Origin: Mustelus asterias | Taxonomy: Eukaryota | NCBI RefSeq assembly: GCF_964213995.1 | Contig: NW_027590210.1 | Span: forward strand, 372,001 to 435,822 | Length of the DNA: 63,822 bases | Direction of reading: 5' to 3' | Shown: positions 37,201-48,379 of the stretch, one piece after another | Layout: each line of letters begins with the position of its first letter | Numbering within the stretch: position 1 is the stretch's first letter | The notes under the pieces: generated by a model | Databases searched by the model: none | The model's input: only the letters and a program-made list of their open reading frames with translations | Told to the model about the DNA's origin: nothing | Translations under genes and position numbers: made by a program

Positions 37201-38458
37201 AAGTGTCTGCTGCAGGTTTTATTCGACCGTCGAGTCCCATCGATTTAAACACAGGCACTGTTTGGAAAAGGAGCAAAATGCAAAAGCCTTCCTGAGGTTA
37301 GGCCTGGGATTGAGGCCTGGTCACAGAGGCTGCATTATACATCCTGGACAAAGAACAGGTTCCCCAGGCCCCGGCCAGTTCACCAGAACAATCCCCTCCA
37401 GCCCCGAAACCTCCCGGACAGGGCCTGGGAGGAGGGAGGGGGGAAAAGGGAACCTGTGCTTCCCCCACCCCCTGTCCCCTTCCACCCTCCCCTCACACCG
37501 CACGCAGCCCCCATTACAGAATCATAGAATCCTACAGTACAGAAGGAGGCCATTCGGCCCATCAGGTCTACACCAACCACATTCCCATCCAGGCCCCATC
37601 CTCATTACTCCATGTGACTCTCTCTCTCTCTCTGTCTCCCTGTCTCTCTCTCTCTTTGTGTGACTTTCTCTCTGTCTCTCCCGATCTCTCTCTCCCTGTC
37701 TAATATTGTTATGAAGTTGCGTATATCAGGTTAAAAATGTGGTGTTTGACAAATGTAAATATTGAATAGAAATGCTGAGAAAACCAAAACGAACCATCCA
37801 GCGTTGTGTCTTTAGAAAGCCTGTGTCTCTGTGCTGGGGATTTTAAACTGCAGAAAGCAGGCTACAGAAGACAACTTTACAACATTTGTGTCCAAAGCAG
37901 CAGCCAGAGTCCCAGCAGAGCAAAACAGGCTTTGAACTGGACCAATGATTTTAAAACAAGCTCCCAAACACACACAACCAATTGCATTCAAATTGGGGCG
38001 TTGGTGACAGCCTCAAGCCACTCAAATTGCAGGAATACTGTGAGGAAATTCTGGGTATTTAAACCCGGGACAGGGGGAAATAACGGGGAGGGAGCGACCT
38101 TGCTGCCTCTTTAGATTGAAGGGGGGAGAGTCTGATACTGAATCCTGCAGTAATATATACAGCTTCATCACATCACCATCTAAATAGAAGCAGAAACCAA
38201 CTCAGAAAGTATTCCAGACCCAAGCAGCAGAAGGAAGTTCACACTTCCAACAGACGCCTGGTTATTCGAGGGTGACTCTATTCTGTAATGATTTATTTCA
38301 TTATTCCTGAGTGAGTCTTGTCCTTGGAACAGCATTCTACTGGGGAGTTTATTCAGTTTGTTCATTGTTTTAATAAGGTTGTCACCCAGTCTAAATTAAA
38401 GACCTGTTTGGTTGTTCCTGATGGAGAGAGTGTCAGATCTTGCTTTAATTTACCAATT

Positions 38459-38632
38459 TCTCCCACAGTCCAAAGCTGTGCGGGTTGGGTGGATTGGCCG
38501 TGTTAAATTGACCCCAGTGTCAGGGGGATTAGCAGGTTAAAAGTGTGGGGTGACGGGAATAGGGCCTGGGTGGGATTGTGGTCGGTACAGACTAGATGGG
38601 CCGAATGACCTCCTTCTGCACTGTAGGGATTG
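38459..38632 (+). mobile_element. HE1 SINE 3' half
   Basis: SINE homology. Confidence 0.85.
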
Positions 38633-41600
38633 AATGTCTAAAACCAGTCGCTTCCTCCTGTCTCTCACACACTTATTTAAGATTACGAGGCGAGGTGTAT
38701 CCCTTTAGGGGGTTACAAAATAGCGCAGAGGGAAACATCACCTCAGAGTGGTAACAATATTTATAATCCCACAATCACACACCCACCCTCCCTTAGTCAA
38801 TGAATGAATGATTCAAATGACAATGAAGGTAATTCTGCACAGCAAGATCCCACTGCCAGTCCCACAGTGGAGGAGGACACCCCCAGACTCTGTGTCTCTT
38901 TCCCCCTGCCCCTCCTGAGACCCTCTCACACCTCCCCCACCCCCTCTCTGTTTAGCTCTCCCTCCATTTCTCTATCTCTCTCTCTGCCTCCTCCGCCTCC
39001 CCAACCCTTCTCCTTCCCCTCAATCTTTCCTGTTTAAAGTTCTGCTCACGGTCACAGTGCGAGGAATAGGGAGCCAGACCCACCTGTGTGCACAGCAAGA
39101 TCCCACACACACAACCTGGTGAGGGCCAGATTAAATAAATGTTGTGGGTGAGGACTGCAGGAGAGTGTGTGGGAAATGGGATCCACTCCTCTCTCTCTCT
39201 CTCTCTCTTCCCAAATTAAATTGACAACAATTCACATTGGTGTTTTCTTAAACATTTTATTGAAAGATGAAATATAGACAGGAATGTCTGGGGAGAGAGA
39301 GAGGGGAGGGGAGGGGTGCTGGGATTGGTAAGAACACTGGAGAGACAGAGAAATTCTATACCCCCCCCCCCATCCAAATAGAAATTCCTGGGAAAAGAGA
39401 GAGAGAAAAGAATCTGGAGTCACACAGCACAGAAACAGGCCCTTCGGCCCACCAGCTCCATGCTGGCCATCAAATCCCAATCTATCCTCCTCCCATTCCC
39501 CAGCACTTGCTCAAGAGCCTACGATGCCTCGGTGATTAAAGTGCTTGAATTGACCCGACCCCTTTTCAAGCTTTTTCCTTGAACCCACTTTGCGGTCCCT
39601 GAGCCAGATTTTGTTTGAAAATAAAAAGTGTGGGCGCTGTTGCTGTGCAGGCAAAGGCCACAGGCCCAGTGTGTGCACAGCAAGATCCCACAGTAGCAGC
39701 AGCAATGTGAACCTGAATCAGATGGGACACAGTCCTCCCCCCACCCCTCCCCCACTCTCTTGCCTGCTGTGAGCCCCCTTCCCCACTCACTACCCTGTGT
39801 GTGTCTGTGTGTGTGTCTGCATCATCCCAAATCTCCAGAAAGGCCGGAACTCCCTCTTAAAAGTAACCCTTTTTAAAACTAAAATCCCTGTGGTGCACAG
39901 CAAGATCCCACAAAGTGCAGTCAGCTGTGTTGAGCGTTTTTTAAATTTGGGAATTGTTTATACAGAGTGAGGGAGCCAGAGAGGGGCTGAGAGAGTGAAA
40001 TCCCTCTCTCAGGACCCTCAGAATTAAACTGGAGACCCTGTCCCTCACTGAAACCCCCCCTCCCTCTAACAGCCTGTGTCTCTCCCCCTGCATCTAACCC
40101 ACAACTCCAGCTGTTTCCATCCCTCCCTCTTCCTCTCTCTCCCTGCCTCTCTGTCTCCATCTGTTTCTGCTCGAGAAGAGACAGGGAGAGAGAGGACAGG
40201 GAGAGAGAGAGACGGGGAGAGACAGAGATAAAGCGAGAGAGACAGATATTTGATAATTAATTGTGTATGGTCGCATGATTGAGTGTGGTTTAATTTGGTG
40301 ATTTTTTTTATACAGAGAGGCAGAGAGAGAGGTGAAGACAGTGACATTCTCCCCCTGGCACCCTCGCAAGTTCAAAGACACAAAAGCTGCAGACACTCAC
40401 ACACACAAACTGGGTTTGGTAAGTTTCCCAATCTCTGCAGCTTCCCATGTGGCCCAGGGTTTGAATTGAAATTTAAAAGCAGCTTGGAGAGACTGCAGGA
40501 TTTTTGAGTTGAGTTTCTCCCCCCCCCCTCACCCTGTAAATATAAAATAGAAATTCCTGGATTAAAATATTCCCTTGGACAGAGCAGAGGGAATGTGTGA
40601 GTGGTGTGTGTGTGTGTCTGAGACCTAGGCTGGATTTGGGAATATCTGCCTGCTGAAGAGGGTCAGTGAAACCATCCTGGCTGAATATCTCATCGCTAAA
40701 GAGTCACAGAGAGAGATATCTGATCAATAAATGTGTTACTGAACCCACTCTGGATGCTCCCTCTATCTCTGTCTTTCTCACTAACTTCATTGCAGTGTTA
40801 ATGTAAGCCTTGTGACACTAAGAAATAAACTTTAAATCTTTCAACTTTAAAAACTCTCTCTTTCTGTCTCTCAGTAACTGCAGCGTTAATGTAAGCCTTA
40901 CTTGTGACACGAATAAACAAACTTTAAAACTTTAAATATCCTCTCTCTTTCTGTCTCTTTATCTATGTCTCTGTCTCTGTGTGTCTCTGTCTCTCTCAGT
41001 AACTTCATTGCAGTGTTAATGTAAGCCTTACTTGTGACACTAATAATCAAACTTTAAAACTTTCAACTTTAAAACCTCTGTCTGTGTGTCTCTGTCTCAA
41101 TTCAGACACTAGTTCAGTGCCAGGTTGAGAGGGGGTCAGTATTGAGCAGAGTGGGGGGCAGTTTGATACAAAGTTTGCAGAAACTGCAGCGAGTGTTTGT
41201 AAACATGTTGGGGTTGTGGAAAGGTCAGTGTGTAACAAGCTGAGGGAAGGTGTTTCCACTTCACATGTGGCTACTTTTTGACAGAGTTACCTTTGCATCT
41301 ACAGGGAGCTCTGAAGCCTCATGGCTTTCTGCCTGCCTCTGTTTGAACAGTTTAATATGTTTCAGCACTGAGACCTCTGGCCCTTGTTGGGAATATCAGT
41401 CTCCCAGAATACCAGTATACCTGACTGCCCACCTCCCCGCCCGCCAACCCCAGCCCCCAACCCTGTGTGTGTGTTGTCCCAAGTCTGGAGACTTCCCCGC
41501 AGTCCCCTGAAAGGTTTAAACTGCCTCTGAGAAAACACCCCTTTTTAAAACAAAATCCCCAGCAAGATCCCACAAGGTGCAGTCAGCTGTGTTGAGTGTT

Positions 41601-41699
41601 TTGTAATTTGGGAAAAGTTTATACAGAGAGAGAGAGAGAGTGAGGCAGAGAGGGGCTGAGACAGTGAAATCAAACCCCCCGGGACACCCAGAATGAAAA

Positions 41700-44600
41700 T
41701 TACACAGCACAAAATCCCAGGATTGCCCCTTTCCAGGTTTTACTGAGAGGTTGTCCAACTAAATATTAATTCCTGGGAAAAAGAGGGAGTGAGAGAGAAT
41801 AAAGAGAGGCAGAGAGAGGAAGGAAATGGAGAGAAAAGCAGAGAGAAATAGACAGAATGGGGGAAAAGCTGTGGAGAGGATGAAATGAAAATCTGAACAT
41901 CTGTAAACTGAATTGTAAAGGCCTCTGTGAATTTTATTCAACAATTAGGTTCATTGCTCTGTCTCCGACCCCTGTTATTTTAGATTTAAAGCAAACTTAT
42001 AGACAGTTTCATACATAATTTAGTCTTTGCCACCCACCAAAGGGTTAACGTGTTCGTGACTAATTACAAAGCCGGGATATTTTAACCCCAGGGTTTCAAA
42101 CTCCAGCCCCCCCTCCCCACAATCGAATCCGAGGAAGCAAGATTAAAATTAAACCTGGATCAGGATAATAAAGAGACAACAACTCACATGCGGCCTATAG
42201 AACAGGCTTCAGTCCATCCATCCTCCTCTGGAGAAAAGCCCCTTGTCCAAGTATTCCGAGTCCCGTTGCAGTCTTCAAAATTCAAATTCCTGGGGAGAAG
42301 AGAGAAAATAGTTAATTAAAATACAAGAAAATATTTAAATTAAATAGCACTAGAGCCCAGGATTCCCCTTCTCAGATTTTACTGAGAGATTGTCTAACTA
42401 GATATGAATTCTTGGGGAAAAGAGAGAGAAAATTAATTAAATACAAGAAACCATTGAAATTAAATCTCACCAAAACGCAGGATTCCCCCTTCTCAGTTAC
42501 ACAATCTCTCAGAAACATCAGAATGGCATGAACAGAGAGAGAGAAGTCTACAAACAGAATCTCCTAAAACTGAATTCAAATATCCACAACCCCCCAGTCC
42601 ATCCCTGTCTCCCTCTCAGACTCCAGGAGCTGCTCATCTCCCTCTTTCAGTTTGGGAAGGGGCTGCTGATTCCTTCGGGACACTTTTTAAAATCGCCCTC
42701 CCGGGATTGGTTTCTACAACTCCCGGCATCTCCCTTTCACTATCTCCCTCTCTTTTCTCCCTCTGCTCCTGTCTCTCTCACTCAGTGTAAAGATGGATGT
42801 TCCTGTCTAGATCCTTGTCCCTGTCCCCTCTCTTTCTCACTCGTTGTCTCTGTCCATAGCTGTTTCTTTCCCTCTCTCTCATGTACTCTGCATTGAAATG
42901 AGCGATGCCATATTCCTGTCTCCCTGTTTACAATAACACAGTTTTTGTTGATTAAAGGTTTAAAGAGACACAAAGGAAGATGGAGCCAGAGAGAGAGAGA
43001 GACATTCTGGAGAGTGATAGACAGATATGGAAGAATGCTCGAGAGGGAGAGAGAGACATTCCGGTGAGTGATGGACAGATATGGAAGAATGCTCGAGAGG
43101 GAGAGATGAATGGAAAGAAACAGGAAGGGAGAGAAAGCTGAAGATAGGGGAAAAATACTGGAGAGAGAGACAGAGAGAAAAGCAGAGCGAAATAGAATGG
43201 GGAAGAAAGCTGCAGAGGGGAAGATAAATGTAAAGGCTGAACTTCAGAAAATTGAATTGTAATGTCCTCTGTGAATCTTATTTAACATTCGGGTAAATCA
43301 CTCTCTCCCACCCCTGTTATTTTGGATTTGCATCAAACTTTTAGACAGTTTCATATTACAGATATTTAATTTACTCTTTGCCACCCAGCAAAGGGTTAAC
43401 CTGTTTGTGACTAATTGCAAAGCCGGGATATTTTAACCCCAGGGTTTTAAACTCCACCCCACCCCACAATCGAACCAGAACTGGTTCATCCAAGAAAGCG
43501 AGATTAAAATTAAACCTGGATCAGGATAATAAAGAGACAACAACTCACTTGAAGCCTATAGAACAGGCCTCAGTCCATCCATCCTCCTCTGGAGAAAAGC
43601 CCCTTGTCCAAGGATTCTGAGTCATGTTGCAGTCTTCAAAATTCAAATTCCTGGGGAGAAGAGAAAATAATTAATTAAAGTACAAGAAAATGTTTAGCAC
43701 AAGAGCTAAGATTTCACTGAGAGATTGTCCAACTAAATATTAATTCCTTGGGAAGAGATCGAATATAATTAATTTAAATGCAAGAAAATGTTTAAATTTA
43801 ATACACAAGAGCCCAGGATTCCCCTTTCTCAGTTACACAATCTCTCAGTAAAATCTAAATATTAATTCTTGGGTAAAAGAGAGAGAAATATATTAAAATA
43901 CCAGAAAATGTTTAAATTAAATAGCACAAGAGCCCAAGATTCCCCCTTCTCAGATTTTACTGACAGATTGTCCAACAAAATATTATTTCCTGGGAAAAAG
44001 AGGGAGAGAGAGAGGGAATAAAAAAGAGAGACAGATAGAGGAAGGAAAGGGATGGAGAGAGAGAAAGCAGAGAGGAAATAGACAGAATGGGGGAAAAGCT
44101 GCAGAGAGGATGAAATGAAATTTTGAACTTCTGAAAACTGAATTGTAAAGGCCTCTGTGAATTTTATTCAACAATTAGGAACAGCGGTCTGTCTCCCATC
44201 CCTGTAATAAAGAGACGACGACTCACATGCGGCCTATAGAACAGGCCTCAGTCCATCCATCCTCCTCTGGAGAAAAAGCCCCTTGTCCAAGGATTCCGAG
44301 TCATGTTGCAGTCTTCAAAATTCAAATTCCTGGGGAGAAGAGAAAATAATTAATTAAAGTACAAGAAAATGTTTAAATTAAATAGCACAAGAGCCCAGGA
44401 TTCCCCCCTCTAAGATTTCACTGAGAGATTGTTTAACTAAATATGAATTCCTTGGGAAGAGATAGAATATAATTAATTTAAATACAAGAAAATGTTGAAA
44501 TTAAATAGCACAAGAGACCAGGATTCCCCTTTCTCAGTTACACAATCTCTCAGTAAAATCTAAATATTAATTCTTGGGTAAAAGAGAGAAATATATTAAA

Positions 44601-46740
44601 ATACCAGAAAATGTTTAAATTAAATAGCACGGTAGCACAGTGGTTAGCACTGCTGCTTCACAGCTCCAGGGACCTGGGTTCGATTCCCGGCTTGGGTCAC
44701 TGTCTGTGTGGAGTTTGCACATTCTCCTCGTGCTTGCGTGGGTTTCCTCCGGGTGCTCCGGTTTCCTCCCACAGTCCAAAGATGTGCGGGTTAGGTTGAT
44801 TGGCCATGCTAAAACTGCCCCTTAGTGTCCTGGGATGCGTAGATTAGAGGGATTAGCGGGTACAATATGTAGGGATATGGGGGTAGGGCCTGGGTGGGAT
44901 TGTGGTCGGTGCAGACTCGACGGGCCGAATGGCCTCTTTCTGTACTGTAGGGTTTCTATGATTTCTATGAAGAGCCCAGGATTCCCCGTTCTCAGATTTT
45001 ACTGAGAGATTGTCCAACAAAATATGACTTCCTGGGAAAAAGAGGGAGAGAGAGGGAATAAAAAAGGGAGACAGATAGAGGAAGGAAAGGGAGAGAAAGA
45101 GAGAGAGAAAGCAGAGAGAAATAGACAGAATGGGGGAAAAGCTGCAGAGAGGACACAATGAAAGTCTGAACATCTGAAAAATGAATTATAAAGGCCTCTA
45201 TGAATTTTATTCAACAATTAGGAACAGCGGTCTGTCTCCCATCCCTGTTATCTTGGATTTAAAACAAATTGAGACAGTTTCATATTACAGACATTTAATT
45301 TACTCTTTGCCACCCACCTAAGGGTTAATGTGTTTGTAACGAATTGCAAAGCCGGGATATTTTAACCCCAGGGTTTCAAACTCCAGCCCCCCCATCCCAC
45401 AATCGAACCAGAACTGGTTCATCCGAGGAAGCGAGATTAAAATTAAACCTGGATCAGGGTAATAAAGAGACGACAACTCACATGCGGCCTATAGAACAGG
45501 CCTTAGTCCATCCATCCTCCTCTGGAGAAAAGCCCCTTGTCCAAGGATTCCGAGTCATGTTGCAGTCTTCAAAATTCAAATCCCTGGGGAACAGAGAAAA
45601 TAATTAATTAAAGTACAAGAAAATGTTTAAATTAAATAGCACAAGAACCCAGGATTCCCCCTTCTAAGATTTCACTGACAGATTGTTTAACTAAATATGA
45701 ATTCCTTGGGAAGAGATCGAATATAATTAATTTAAATACAAGAAAATGTTGAAATTAAATAGCACAAGAGACCAGGATTCCCCTTTCTCAGTTACACAAT
45801 CTCTCAGTAAAATCTAAATATTAATTCTTGGGTAAAAGAGAGAGAAATATATTAAAATACCAGAAAATGTTTAAATTAAATAGCACAAGAGCCCAAGATT
45901 CCCCCTTCTCAGATTTTACTGAGAGATTGTCCAACAAAATATGACTTCCTGGGAAAAAGAGGGAGAGAGAGGGAATAAAAAAGAGAGACAGATAGAGGAA
46001 GGAAAGGGAGAGAAAGAGAGAGAGAAAGCAGAGAGAAATAGACAGAATGGGGGAAAAGCTGCAGAGAGGACACAATGAAAGTCTGAACATCTGAAAACTG
46101 AATTATAAAGGCCTCTATGAATTTTATTCAACAATTAGGAACAGCGCTCTGTCTCCCATCCCTGTTATCTTGGATTTAAAACTAACTTTGAGACAGCTTC
46201 ATATTACAGACATTTAATTTACTCTCTGCCACCCAGCAAAGGGTTAACCTGTTTCTGACTAACTGCAAAGCCGGGATATTTTAACCCCAGGGTTTCAAAC
46301 TCCAGCTGCCCCCCCACACCCCACAATCGAACCAGAACTGATTCATCCGAGGAAGCGAGATTAAAATTAAACCTGGATCAGGGTAATAAAGAGACGACAA
46401 CTCACATGCGGCCTATAGAACAGGCTTCAGTCCATCCATCCTCCTCTGGAGAAAAGCCCCTTGTCCAAGGATTCCGAGTCACATTGCAGTCTTCAAAATT
46501 CAAATTCCTGGGGAGAAGAGAAAATAATAAATTAAAATACAAGAATTCTTTAAATTAAATAGCACAAGAGGCCAGGATTCCCCCTTCCCAGTTACACAAT
46601 CTCTCAGTAAAATCTAAATATTAATTCTTGGGGAAAGAGAGAGAAAATAATTAAAATACAAGAAAATATTTAAATTACATAGCACAGCAAAATACCCAGG
46701 ATCTCCCCTCAGTTACACAATCTCTCAGTAACACCCAAAC
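41700..46740. repeat. Tandem duplication, ~920-bp unit (5 copies) with ~122-bp subunits
   Basis: Exon spacing 924; 1255 (includes a SINE); 678 (deletion); 1361. Confidence 0.92.
44627..44969 (+). mobile_element. HE1 SINE inserted in one tandem unit
   Basis: Splits tagcac|aagagccc, which is intact in the sister units. Confidence 0.93.
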
Positions 46741-48044
46741 ACAACAAGTCAGTTGTAAAGCAGAGACTAAAGAGATTGAGACAGTTCCCTCCCTGTGTGT
46801 TTCTCTCTCTCTCTCTCTATTCCACTCTCATTCAGATCTCGCTCCCTCCGATATGAAACATTAAATCTGGATCAGGTTAATAAATAGACACAACTCACTC
46901 GGGATGAAGCCTGAGCAACAGGCCTCAGTCAGCCCTCCCTCTGGAAGAAGCTCCTCTCCCTCATCCTGGTCACAATCATTCCCGTCCTTTGGATCCTCGA
47001 CACATCCCCAGTTTTCAAAATTCCTCAGGAGAAAAAGAGATAAAAATTGGTTAAAAAGAGAGAGAAAAAGAGACAAGGCCATTTTAACAATAAGACACAC
47101 AACATATCACAGCGAGGAGTCCAGCATTTCCATTCAAGTCCATTCAGCATCATGTCAACACAAGCAAAGCACAGGTAAAAACGCAGATTGAGACACACAC
47201 ACACACACTGAATCAGAGTGGGAATGTTTTCAGTGCAGGGGGATTATTGGTGTGGAGACTGAAGGCTCTCAGATTCACATTTATCCTGAGTGTGCTGGAT
47301 GCAAACCCCACCCTGAGTCTCTGACATGTCTGCAATGTCTGTCTCTCTATTGAGATGCTAATTCACCCCCCCTCCCCCTCTCACCCTCTCACCCCAGAGG
47401 AGTTTGTGGCAATGTCAGACTGACTATTGATATGTTAATGCAGGGAGGCAATGGATTCTGCAATCTCCTGCCTTTAGTTTCTTTAGTTTAGTTTCAAACT
47501 TTATTTCTTTTCCCCCGTAGGTCGTGTTCGTCCATTTCAAAAGCCCCCTGACCCCCGCACAGCAGCCCCAAAAATCCTTGCAGCCACTCCCCACAACCCA
47601 GCGAGTGGAGGGGGAATGGGGATGTGTGAGTGAGTGGATTGGGGGGATTGTGTCAGTGTGTGTCTGTCTATCCCCCCCTCTCTGCTCACACTTCCTGCCC
47701 AGCCTGCTGAAGACAGGGAAAGAATGGGAGTTGAACAAAGCCTCCTCTCTGCCTCCATTTTCAAAGGATTTGCCCCTTTCTCACACCAGTTTTGTCCATT
47801 GAGCTGTCCCTGTCAATTGGAAAAAAGTTTTATTTATCTCGCTGTGAGATATGAAGTCACTAATTACTAAATACAGGCAAAAACATCCCATTATGAGACA
47901 CGGAGGTTCAATGGGATTTTAAACTGAAATCCTCGGATGTCAATTCCTTAGGTTAAAAGTTTCTAATTCATTAATTTGGATTAAATTAAAACCGGCCAGT
48001 ATATTCTCACCAGCTGCTTTCTGTTAACTCTCCCCCTGATCACC

Positions 48045-48340
48045 GGTGGTTAGCACTGCTGCCTCACAGCGCCAGGGACCCGGGTTTGATTCCCGGCTTG
48101 GGTCACTGTCTGTGCGGAGTCTGCACGTTCTCCCCATGTCTGCGTGGGTTTCCTCTGGGTGCTCCGGTTTCCTCCCACAGTCTGAAAGACGTGCTGGTTA
48201 GGGTGCATTGGCCGTGCTAAATTCTCCCTCAGTGTAACCCGAACAGGTGCCAGAGTGTGGGCGACTCGGGGATTCTCACAGTAACTTCATTGCAGTGTTA
48301 ATGTAAACCTACTTGTCACACTCGTAAATAAACTGAAACT
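48045..48340 (+). mobile_element. SINE
   Basis: tRNA-like head and variant tail. Confidence 0.88.
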
Positions 48341-48379
48341 TAACACTCCTGCACTCTCCCGCCAGCACTCACTCACTGT

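Larger units (their letters stand above)
34100..47023 (-). other. Unannotated spliced transcription unit (lncRNA or repeat-protein gene)
   Basis: Exons with polypyrimidine-AG acceptors and GTGAGT donors at 47023-46899, 46507-46406, 45583-45482, 44329-44227, 43650-43549 and 42289-42188; homologous terminal exon from ~34235 with AATAAA at ~34135. Confidence 0.55.

Noticed and set aside
35360-39700. miRNA or H/ACA snoRNA cluster from GCACAGCAAGATCCC hairpins
   Set aside because: Hairpin and box spacing not kept across copies; better explained as Deu-SINE cores.
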